Assembly: GCA_963693365.1 (NCBI GenBank)
Contig: CAVNZM010000010.1
Span: 62,001-126,000, forward strand
Origin: Amoebidium appalachense
Taxonomy: Eukaryota > Protista > Ichthyosporea
DNA length: 64,000 bases
Direction of reading: 5' to 3'
How positions within the stretch are numbered: position 1 is the first letter of the stretch; every line of letters begins with the position of its first letter. Position numbers and translations under genes: made by a program. Positions 52,952 to 64,000 of this stretch are shown here, piece after piece. The notes beneath the pieces were generated by a model that did not search any database, had not been told where the DNA came from, and saw only the letters and a list, made by a program, of their open reading frames with translations.

Positions 52952-53662
52952 TCAGAAACCGCGCTTTGCAAACATCTCATCTTTACTGTCCTCCTCGAAT
53001 TTCTTGCCGCGGTACTTACGGCGACGGGACGACGACCCACCCCATGCGCGCTTGCCGGATGCATGGGCAAACGACTTTGCCCCGGGACCTGAAGTCATTG
53101 CCGTAGAGTTTGGTTCAATGTCCAGGGGGGGAAGTATAATTCCCCATTGAACGGCTTTCCACTCTTCAATCTGGCGTTCGTGCTCACTAGCATCGTCGGG
53201 GACAACCATTTGATATGGGTCGTACCCCTCATCATATGCCTGTCCAGACCCAATTGGCCCACATCCACCGAAAATCATCTCGCCGGAAGGCAGCTTCAGG
53301 CCGAACTTCTCACGGCAATAGATGGTCGCAGTGCCGGTCTTAGAGCACATGTCGCAGCCCCCGAACAACGAGAAGCACTTACTGGCCCAGGCAACCCCAA
53401 TGTACATCAACCCGTGGGTTGTTGGAAGACGCCGAAGGGCTTCAGGGACCGTATCGGCAGTTCTCTCCCTAACCCATGACACCCGATCGTCACCAAAGCA
53501 CGTCTTCGGGTTCTCTGGGTCATCTGCTTTCGCATAGGCAAGGACATAATTATTGAGGCGTGACCTCTCGCCTGCGTAGCACCTCACCATGCTATCGTCA
53601 CAGGAGGCCAAAACGCTGCCGACGAGCGCGGCAGCCACGAAAAGAACTTTCGTGCCCATCAT
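52952..53662 (-). CDS. Intronless secreted Cys-rich protein of unknown function (236 aa)
   Basis: Complex-sequence ORF, signal-peptide-like N-terminus (MMGTKVLFVAAALVGSVLA), 8 Cys, basic C-terminus; no family recognised. Confidence 0.75.
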   Translation of the reverse strand: MMGTKVLFVAAALVGSVLASCDDSMVRCYAGERSRLNNYVLAYAKADDPENPKTCFGDDRVSWVRERTADTVPEALRRLPTTHGLMYIGVAWASKCFSLFGGCDMCSKTGTATIYCREKFGLKLPSGEMIFGGCGPIGSGQAYDEGYDPYQMVVPDDASEHERQIEEWKAVQWGIILPPLDIEPNSTAMTSGPGAKSFAHASGKRAWGGSSSRRRKYRGKKFEEDSKDEMFAKRGF

Positions 53663-53789
53663 TGTGCAGTCTACACGCCGTGTAGGCTTGTGTTGCCGGA
53701 GTTACTCGTTCCAATTCCGATGGTTGAAATCTGCATGTGGAAAGCTTAAATTTTTATCAAGGCCTCCTAATTAGATACAACCTTGCTTT

Positions 53790-53940
53790 TTATACAAAGC
53801 CAAGGCTTGCCAACTCCATAGCCCGGACTGCCACCGTGGCTAACAGGCTATGCCATATAACTCCAACGTCGACGTCCACGTTAAAATTGGCATCTGACTG
53901 TTTGATAAAAAAATGCGCATGGCCTTCGGGATAAACAGGG
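53790..53940 (+). repeat. 151-bp inverted repeat, left copy (partner 56309-56459)
   Basis: ttatacaaagcc...ataaacaggg is the reverse complement of 56309-56459 with one mismatch seen. Confidence 0.95.
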
Positions 53941-55715
53941 TATGATATTCGTAGATTCTTTGAAGCTTGCTTACTTAGGTTATTTGCACATCACCCTAGG
54001 TTTCAATCTATTCTTCACATACACCCATGCCAATCCGCTTTTCGTAAAAACAATTCATGTTATGTTCAAATAATGGCACTGCACGATTCTATGCAAGTTG
54101 GTGCACAATATGTTGGCTTTATTGATTGGAAAACTGCTTACGATTCTGTCTCCCCTGGTCTCCTATGGGAAAAGCTTGCTGCACGGGGTGTACCACACTG
54201 CATTGGTGTTCTGTTAGAAGCACTCTTGTCTCAAACCTATGGTAGAGCTGTGGTTAATGGGCATCTTTCATATGGTTTTGCTCGTACTAGAGGTCTCTTG
54301 CAGGGTTCATTGCTTAGCCCCTTTTTGTTTAACCTATTTATAGATGATTTGGCTGTCAAGATTTACGCCGAAAACGATGACCCTATTAATAACTTTCCGC
54401 CTGCACTTCTCTATGCTGATGATCTGTCCCTCCTTGCCCGTACCCCTAGACGCCTGCAAAGATTGTTCGATGTAGTGTCAGAGTGGTGCAAGGCAAACCT
54501 TATGATCCTTAACATAGACAAATGTGGTGTTCTTGTACCTGATATAGCTAACAATTTACACACATTTACATTATCATCTAAACCTGTACCTATAGTTCCA
54601 GAATACAAATATCTTGGTGTTCCGGTTGATTCTGTTGGTGTTATGTTTCCCCATATGGTCGAAAAGAGGGTAGAGTTGGCTCGTAAGCGGTTAGCTTTCT
54701 TCTCGGCTAATATTTTTAAAGACACACCCCTCCATCCTTCTATTAGACTTACATTTATTCGCACTTTTGTCTTCCCGGCATGTGAATATGGTTTACCCCT
54801 TCTCGCCGCTTGGATCAAGAAAGAGAGAACTAGAGCGCTTAAACCCTTGGCAAATTTCCTTGAAGCAGAAGTTGCCTCCTTTCTATCTAACAACTGTTGT
54901 AAACCTGGGCCTGTAACGCTCTCGATATATGGTCTGGTCCCAATAGCTGCTAGAGTATCCTATCTCGCGCTGAAATTCAATAAGCACATAAGCCGCTTAA
55001 AGAAGTATTTGCCCTCCCACCCTCTCTTCTCTATCCGACCTGTCCCCTCCTCACCTCTCCCCTCTTTCCTCCCCTCTCTCTCCCCTTCTCCCCTGGGCAC
55101 AAATACAAATAAACCCCGCAATAGTGTGTGTGTGACTTTGGACTGCCACTTACTTATTAAACATGTACACAATCACAAGATAATCACGCAATATAACAAA
55201 TGGAAAAAGATACCACACGACACTAGACCCGATGAAAGCATACACCTTGAAAAACTAAGCCTTATGTCTCGTTTTATATATACTGACCGCCTCAACCATA
55301 TTGCCAAATATGGCACTCGCAAGTGTATAACACCTAAATACATATTACCTTCCTGTAGAACTGGTCTTTCTCTAGCTGATGGTATTATTGATCAATTACC
55401 ACGCTTTTACTACACACGTGCTATACAGTGGAGATCTAATAAGTATAAGGTGGCATCATTTGCATGCCCAAACAACACACACACACACCAGTTTAACCGG
55501 TCATGTATCGCCAAATGTAGTTTGATAGACCACATAATACCGCAACACACACACGTCACATTCACAACAGACACCCAGAAAGATAGCCTACCTGTAAATT
55601 ACAACATCCTTGATTTTATACTAAACACGCGTAACTACGACCTGTTTATTAGATGTATTGATTGGCTTGAGAAACACATCACTACAAAATTATAGCGCAC
55701 GCGCACACACACACA

Positions 55716-55766
<51 letters not shown>

Positions 55767-55799
55767 CCAGCTGATACCGAGTGTCCCGAGGGGGAGCCC

Positions 55800-55838
<39 letters not shown>
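53941..55838 (+). mobile_element. 5'-truncated non-LTR (LINE) retrotransposon; RT frame open 53941-55695, (CA)n 3' UTR, poly(A) tail
   Basis: RT motifs QSAFRK, FIDWKTAYDSV, GLLQGSLLSPFLFNLFIDDL, LLYADD, LNIDKC, YKYLGV; Cys/His-containing C-terminus; ~35-nt A tail at 55804-55838; no endonuclease or ORF1 retained. Confidence 0.93.
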
Positions 55839-55839
<1 letters not shown>

Positions 55840-56083
55840 GGGGAACCCCAACTAATTGATTTCTCCTTGTAGTCTTTATGGTGTCTCGTAGAGAAAGTAA
55901 ACCCTGATATATAGTCACCACCCGACATCTATGTACGTGATCATGATATACCGCTGAGGGGATATTCCGAGCAAACCCCCCCCCCCATACCTGAGACTGG
56001 TTCTCTTTGCCTCGAGTAAACAGCGTAAACCCCCCAGTATGATATGTACATTGGAAATTTGGAATCCATGGATGCATGGATTA

Positions 56084-56552
56084 CCGCCCCGCTCAAACTT
56101 CACTGTATTTGCAATTGAAGGCTCGACTCTGCGCCCAGCACCACGCATACTGAAGCGTCACACACACACCTTATTTTTAATAAGTAACACAACTTATAAT
56201 TAATAAGTTGCTTGCACTTCGCCGTGCAGCATGAAGCACAAGCTTGACAGCATCATATTTGAGTCGATCCACTGAAACATCCATGGATTCCAATGTATAA
56301 CGCGAGGGCCCTGTTTATCCCGAAGGCCATGCGCATTTCTTTATCAAACAGTCAGATGCCAATTTTAACGTGGACGTCGACGTTGGAGTTATATGGCATA
56401 GCCTGTTAGCCACGGTGGCAGTCCGGGCTATGGAGTTGGCAAGCCTTGGCTTTGTATAATTATAATTTGTTTGTGTGACGCTTCAATATGCGTGGTGCTG
56501 GGCGCAGAGTCGAGCGTTCAATTGCAAATACAGTGAAGTTTGAGCGGTGCGG
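56084..56552. mobile_element. MITE with ~80-bp TIRs and TTA TSD (PIF/Harbinger-like)
   Basis: 56084-56164 is the reverse complement of 56472-56552 with few mismatches; tta flanks both sides. Confidence 0.75.
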
Positions 56553-56722
56553 TTAAAAACAGGCACCGGGCCCGTTCATACACACACGTGCGCCGCAGCG
56601 GCTGCGCATGCGCCCCGAACGAAATTTCAACACTGGACGCGGTGCACCGTGAAAAACGATGGCCGTCATGATCATGGTGCACAGTGCACGTCTGTGACCA
56701 TGATTCTTGTGTGTGTTTGTGT

Positions 56723-56753
<31 letters not shown>

Positions 56754-56869
56754 GGGGGGGGGACCGTACATATTTACCTGCTATTTTAAAAGTCGAGTGA
56801 CCCCTGTACAAGGACAAGCACACACGGACACACACAGACACACACACACACACACGCACACACACGCAC

Positions 56870-56918
<49 letters not shown>

Positions 56919-56932
56919 CACGGACACACCGT

Positions 56933-56989
<57 letters not shown>

Positions 56990-57076
56990 GTGTCACACAC
57001 TCCGTACACACACGCACACACACACACACACATGTCAGACACACATATGTGTCACAGTGTACACACACACACACAG

Positions 57077-57240
57077 GTGGAACGTTATTATGCCTCTCGG
57101 CGTCTCATAAAGAGATGGCCGACCGTACCTTGGCACAGGGGCATACGTGTGCTACTAAAATATGCAAGGTGACATGTGGCTACATTAGGTGTGTGTTATA
57201 TAAGCATGGAAGGTGCCTATTTTTGGACAATATCTTGAAT
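57077..57240 (+). pseudogene. Duplicated terminal exon plus 3' UTR of the F-box/LRR gene (pseudo-exon or alternative last exon)
   Basis: (CA)nCAG|VERYYASRRLIKRWPTVPWHRGIRV matches 48368 VDRYASRRIMKRWPAVPWHKGIRVRY*; an indel near the stop extends the frame to 57172. Confidence 0.8.
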
Positions 57241-58068
57241 TGAGAGGTGGGGATGTGACGAGGGTCAGCTTGAGTTGTTTTTCTTGTTTTTTCAATACTT
57301 TTTCTTTTTTGGGGGGTGTGTTTGTGTGCGCGTGCGTGTGTGGGGGTGGGGTGGGGGTGCCACGGGGGGGGGGGGGAGGGGGCGCGGGGGGGGGGGGAGC
57401 TCCATTTGTGTGAGCTTTTTATTCATTCTTCCGATGATACTGTTATGATAGAATAGTCTATCTGTTTATTCCTGCTCTTCCCAGTCACGTACTTAGCCTG
57501 TTCCCGTTATCCCGCCCCGGGGACCACCTGGGGCCGCATACGCCAGCAACCGTAACTGTCTTCCGGAATCCTATTGGCTAGTGCATAATCCCGATCTATC
57601 CTGAGGGACTATCTGTAATCCTATTGGACAATGTATTCGCGGACTGAGGCCTTGAATCACTTGATGTATGTAAACTCTGCCAAGGGGTATTTATGATTGG
57701 TCCAGATCGAATCCGTTTCAATCAGATTAGCCATATAAGGATATTTAACAAATCCGTTTTTACGAAAGCCTTAGCCCTACGTATGTGACACGGTAAGCAA
57801 CATTTAGCGGGCACATTGATACATATTACAACCCGATCACAGATTATGGATAAGCTTAAGTAGCTGTTGTAAACCTGGAATGTTTGTGTTTGCTCTTCGG
57901 ATATGGACAAATTTTCTCGCAGCTAGCCGAGTTTCCTCCGTTCACCCGCTGCATTATGTACGTTATGTAAGAAGTTGCGCTAGTGCTAGGGTAAGCCTTT
58001 TTAATAAGCGGGATCTTACACACACACACACTCACACACTCACACACAGAAACACACACACACACTGT

Positions 58069-58302
<234 letters not shown>

Positions 58303-58602
58303 TGATTTTGCATTCTTGAAAGATCACCTTTGCAACCTTGGCAATCATTCGTGAATGTAAATGTATTTAGTTGGACATCTGTACACATGTACCATATGAC
58401 GTATGTTATTTTAGTTTAAAGATAAGATATGATATAGATGGCAAGTATGTATTGTTTGGTAGTTGCTGTTCTTTATGATCGGGCTGCTGCTGTTTAGTTT
58501 AACATGCATGTATTAAATGATAGTATACACTGTGCCATTTTCCTTTTGCTCAATGCTTCAGTTGGCCAAGAGCACGGTGTACCCGATGATGATGAATTCG
58601 AA

Positions 58603-58990
58603 GTGCATGCGCGCATAGATCAGATTATGAAGTCACATGATTACCCATTTGTGCAATATGTAGGGAGCAATTGAAATGAATGTGATACCCATGTACATGC
58701 ATATTTACAGAAGGTTTTAGTTTACTTATTTTATTTGTTTATTTATTTATTTTTATTTATTTATTTTTATTTATTTATTATTATTTTGGGGGGGGGGGGG
58801 GGGAGGGGGCGGGCGTGCATGGACGCATAGATTAGATTATGAGTCACATAATTACCCATTTGTGCAAAAACGTAGAGAGCAATTGAAATGAATGTGGTAC
58901 CCATGTACATGCTTATGTACAGAAGATGTTAGTTTATTTTTTATTTTGTTTTGTTTATTTTTTTATTTATTTATTTATTTTTTTTTTTGT

Positions 58991-59028
<38 letters not shown>

Positions 59029-59030
59029 GG
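58603..59030. repeat. ~210-bp tandem duplication
   Basis: gtgcatg..cgcatagat.agattatga(a)gtcacat.attacccatttgtgcaa... followed by T-rich then G-run, starting at ~58603 and ~58815. Confidence 0.85.
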
Positions 59031-59588
59031 AGGGGGGGCACGTGAATGGCATGAAACAAATACTCGGAGGGTGCACTGTAGTTACAAAACACAGCACAGT
59101 AACTTTAGTGATACGTTTTTCATATCACTGTGTGTGAGTGTGGGTGGGTGCCCTTGGTAAGGGTGTGTGTAAGGGGTTTGTGTGTGTGTGTGTGTGCATG
59201 TGTGTGTATGTGTGTGCATTTTTTTTGTGTGCACGTGTGCGCACGTGTATGCATACTTACTGTGTGTGTATGTGTGCAAGTGCGCTTGGTATTCCACCGT
59301 TCAAATGTGTGCACGTCTTCCATATACGTGTGTCACGGGGCTCCGAATGTTTGTTTTGCCTATTTTGAGGTGATAGATGTGTCCTTTCATTGGCACAGGT
59401 GTGTACGTGCAAGGATGTGTATGTGACCAGGGTGGCATGCCATCTTCACGGAAGCGGACTTGGTGATTGATGAGGACGTGTGATATATGCGTGAAGAATA
59501 ACATGAACTTCAGGGGTAGGGTGCAGAAAAATCTTAAGATGAAGGCTTCCTCTCCTGCTACAATAGATTTCATTATGTCCTCCCCCCC

Positions 59589-59624
<36 letters not shown>

Positions 59625-59766
59625 CCCCTCCCTCCCTCCCCAACCCCATTAATTTCGAAGATCTAATTCCGTAATGCTTTAATTTACTTCGAGACTGAAG
59701 TGGATTTTATTTATTTTTTTATTTTCTTTTCAATTTTTATTTTTTAAATTATTATTATTATTATTT

Positions 59767-59797
<31 letters not shown>

Positions 59798-60474
59798 GTG
59801 GTTTCGGTTAACAGGTTTGTAACTTTTTGGTCTGTTTTTTGAATAGGCTGTATTTCATTAGCGACACTACTAATTAAATGTCGGGTAACCGATGCTGTGG
59901 TTGGATTTGGCGCGCGTGCTAACATACACACACGCACACACGTGCGCGTGCACACACAAAAACACACACGAGCGCGAACCAAGGCCTCCTTTTTTAATTT
60001 ATATTTTATCACCGGGGTACATTTGCATGCCCTCAAGGGAACTACCGTCTACCACACACCACCGACAGTACACAAGTTAGGGTGCTATCTATATGGGCTC
60101 GGCTAAGTTAAACCATCATTCACATATACCTAGCTATTAGTACACACTTTGCCCAGGGCTACTACCCCAGCCACGCCGGCAGGAGGCACCAATCCTCCCC
60201 TCCAATCAAAACCCCAGAATAAACGTTAACCACGGGCTCTCATTGGTCGATCTACAGTAGTGGAATGTCCTGTGTGTTGTGTTGTTGTATACGCGGGGTA
60301 TTGGTGTATGATGGAATGGGGTGGTGGGGTGATCATCATAGGGGGTTACTTCCTAACACCGTTGGTGGTCGTACTTTTTGGCAGAGCTTTTGTGAATTCA
60401 AAGGTGTGGTTTGCAGGGCACTTAATATAGTCTCTGGGTGTGTGTGTGTGTGTGCCGACAGTCAGGGCAGGCTG

Positions 60475-60530
<56 letters not shown>

Positions 60531-61002
60531 TGTGTGTGAGTTTTGGGTTTGGGTGTGTCGTGCCTTTCTTTCTACAGGCAACCAGGTGGTGGTGGTTGTG
60601 TGGTGGTGTTTTTGCATTTTGGTGTGGGCGGAGGGGGGGAGTTTTGTGTTACGCGGATGCCAAATATTTAAAATGAAAAAGATCTACAGTTTTACTGCGA
60701 TTTTAACCAAGGCCTCCTGGATACGGCTATATCTAGGAGGCCTTGGCGCGAACACTCACGCGGCGCATGAGCACACACATATATCCGCAACGATGCCGTT
60801 CAACACAATCCCCCCCCCCCCCCCCCCCCCCTCCCCCCCTCCTCCCCCCTCCCCCCTCCCCCCTGCACGCCGGCCCGCTGGCCCGCCGCCCATATGCGCA
60901 AAAAAAGGTGGCATGCACACTGTCAGGCGAGCGTGCACTGCGTCCCTGTGAGTTTGTTTAAAGTTGTGCACTGAGAAGTCACATTCTCCCCCCCTCCTTT
61001 CC

Positions 61003-61033
<31 letters not shown>

Positions 61034-61083
61034 TTCTTCTCCCCTCTCTCCCACTCCCTCCTGCCTCGCCGTGAATTTTTATT

Positions 61084-61134
<51 letters not shown>

Positions 61135-61436
61135 ACCACACACACACACACACCACCACCACCACCACCACCACCAACCATGTGTTGGTGTGTATGTATC
61201 TAATGTTGGGTAGACTGTGATTTCGCCATGGTTGCGTGTGTGTACGTGTATATGTGGTGCCCGTGTGTTAACGCTATAGCGGTTATGTCTGTACACACCA
61301 AAACACACCATGATCAAACATCAGAAGCACGTGCAATCATTGAAGCTATGTTCTATCTCAGTTCAGACTATCTCGCCTGCCTAGATATCTGCACCACACA
61401 TTGTTTGCGCAATCGCCCCAAGTCACCGCTGACATT

Positions 61437-61513
61437 ACGTAGGGCTACCTTTCACGTAGGGCTACCTTTCACGTAGGACAACACAGACAGTGCACAACGT
61501 AGGGCTACCTTTC
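61437..61513. repeat. 17-bp repeat acgtagggctacctttc, 3 full copies
   Basis: Two tandem copies, one partial copy and one spaced copy. Confidence 0.85.
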
Positions 61514-62338
61514 GTAAAAACGGTTTTTCGTATTAGGCTTCGGTCTAAATGACGCCCAGATCGGCATCTGGGCCAAGCATTTTTGGCGCGAAAGTTACGT
61601 GATTGTTGCTAGCAGGTTGTTGACCCTCAAAACGAAAAACGTACGGTAGTAGGGAGAGCCTGCCGGCGCCTACGGTCATTACGGAGTTGGAAGGTGTTCT
61701 GAATGTTTCTGGGGCTCATCACTAAGAAAAATTCTTTTTCATCTAACAATCTTAAGCTGCTAGTTAGCGACTTTTGGTGTATATGCCGCAAGTGCAGCGT
61801 TGCACAAAGTTCTGCATGGAGTCATTGGTTACAAACCAAACACGAGAGTTAGCAGACTTCTACACACCAGCGAAAGTGTCGACACGTTAGTGTTAATCAA
61901 AAAAGGATATAGAGTAAATCGTGGACAGGTTCAAGGAAGAAGTAGGGTTTTAATGGGGTAGAGAAGCAGTCCCCGTATTTGGGTACAATAGTGCAGTTCC
62001 CATGCGAGAAAAACAACTGAGAATAGAAGCGGCGAGAACGCCATTGAGCAGGCTAAAAGCCACGAGAAGCGCTTATATAGCGCGCAAAGCGAGGAGGACC
62101 AGAGGGTTGCTGAAGTTGGAAGAATCGTGTTACAGAAAATCCCAGTTCAGGTGCTAGTCTATGACTCGCGTTGCCCTGACATGTTTGCAGCCGGAGGATG
62201 TGGAGAAAGTAACCCCTCCCTCCCACCAACACTCCCCCCCCCCTCCTCTCTCTCCCCCCTCCCCCTCCCTCCCTGCTGCCCCCCTTTCTCTCCCTAACGC
62301 CCCTCTTTTCCTTCTTCTCTCTTCCCCCCCCTCTCCCC

Positions 62339-62369
<31 letters not shown>

Positions 62370-62929
62370 ACAGAAAGTAGGAAAAAACTAAAAATAAAAG
62401 CAGTAATTTTGAAAAATAAGGAAAATATGGCTTAAGTTCACAACAACCAAACATCGGTGCACAGCTTAGCTTTGATACTGTTCACGGTGATGGCTCCTCT
62501 CTACCCACCCCCCCCCCCCCCCCTCCCCCCCCTTTCCCTTTGACCACCCCGCTTCCCCATGCATTGAATACACGATCAAGCTGCATGAAAACACCACCGT
62601 GTTGGGAATATTTTGTCCCTAGAACCTAACTAAAGGCCTACCAGCCCACGTTCAACTGCGCCAAATATCTGATCATTCATGTACAGCAGAAACCCCATCT
62701 GACGGGGAACCACATAGTCTAAGCGCTCTGGTTCCACGTTCTTTTTATGCAGACATTTACGTTATCTACATGCAGGTAGAACTCAAGAGCAAAAATAATT
62801 GTCCATGAGCTGTGTAGGAGTTGATCTGAGATGTGACCACTCGCCTTACCCCCCCCCTCCCCCCCCCCCCCCCCCCCCCCCCCACACACACCCTCTTCCC
62901 TCTCCGCCCCAGGCATCTATCTTTCCCTC

Positions 62930-63546
62930 GGCCCCCTCCCCTCCCTTTCCTTCCCTCTCCTCTAGGATCATCTAGGCTACAGCGCCATGATTTTATTAGT
63001 ACTTGTGTGCACGCTACGGAGCGCTACGGCACACTGCGCGCACACACAGTGCCACACACACCCACACCCACCCACCGCAGGCCACAAACACACACACACA
63101 CACCCCGTGCACACACCGACACCCACACCCACACACCAACCCACACACATCCCACCTACAACCACCCACACACACACACTCATCCAACCCCACCCACCCA
63201 CCTACCCACACACACACACACAGACACACGCGCACACGCACACGCATACACACACGTCACAAACACACACACACACACAGACACACACACACACACAGTC
63301 GTACAGTAGTGCACACCAACCTAGATTCTTTGCAAGATCTAGATCACTCTGGCTAAAGATGGTCTCGCACTTTCCGCAAAACAACCTAACTTAAGCTCTG
63401 TAGCCAAAGGCCTCCCCTCTCCTTTCCTCCCCTCTCTAGATCTAAAGCACCGTGCTTCATGCGTGTACGGGTGTGCACGCCAGGAACACTGTGCGCACGC
63501 ACACACACCCACACCCACAAGGAACACACACACACACACATAAACA

Positions 63547-63609
<63 letters not shown>

Positions 63610-63682
63610 CACACACACACACACACACACAGACACACACACACACACACACACTTCGTACGACACACACAGGCACGAACAA

Positions 63683-63730
<48 letters not shown>

Positions 63731-63774
63731 GCGCGCGCGCGCACACACACACAAACACGCACATACACACACAA

Positions 63775-63822
<48 letters not shown>

Positions 63823-63985
63823 ACAAACGCAGACACAAACACACACATACGCAGATGGACACATACACCCACACACACTCGCACAGATTAGTGTACCACG
63901 ACCTAGATCTTCTGCAAGATCACTCCGCTGAAAGCATCTCCCACTTTCTGCAAAATTTCCTCACGACCACTTTGGCTCTGTAGGT
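62930..63985. repeat. Diverged ~500-580-bp tandem duplication
   Basis: acctagat.....gcaagatc...ctc.cactttc.gcaaaa...gctctgtag at ~63320-63402 and ~63901-63983. Confidence 0.6.
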
Positions 63986-64000
63986 GAGGGCCATAGCTTG

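Noticed and set aside
53790-56459. DIRS-type element with inverted terminal repeats
   Set aside because: The RT is LINE-type with a poly(A) tail; no tyrosine recombinase or RNase H was seen; the right repeat is internal to a MITE

Overview
Eukaryotic genomic DNA, probably opisthokont and plausibly a unicellular holozoan (inferred from gene style only). It is extremely rich in (CA)/(GT) microsatellites and poly(C)/poly(G) runs, so most ORF-track entries are repeat translations. Splicing exons by hand gives five intron-rich genes: a two-finger GATA factor (+, probably 5'-incomplete), GFAT/GlmS (-), an Ada3/TADA3 homolog (-, 12 exons, invisible in the ORF track), a secreted GH28 polygalacturonase-like enzyme (+, head-to-head with Ada3) and an F-box/LRR protein (+). 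There is also an intronless secreted Cys-rich protein gene, a 5'-truncated LINE, three MITEs and several minisatellites. The most interesting signals are: (1) a dispersed retroposon-like family with a fixed end that abuts poly(C), a variably truncated other end and a target-site duplication inside a C-tract; (2) introns whose acceptors are (CA)n-AG with no U-rich tract and whose two ends can be reverse-complementary repeats; (3) a LINE bracketed by a 151-bp inverted duplication; (4) a clustered CCCGAGGTTT motif at two promoters. All homology calls come from recalled motifs, not database searches, and homopolymer lengths may be unreliable.
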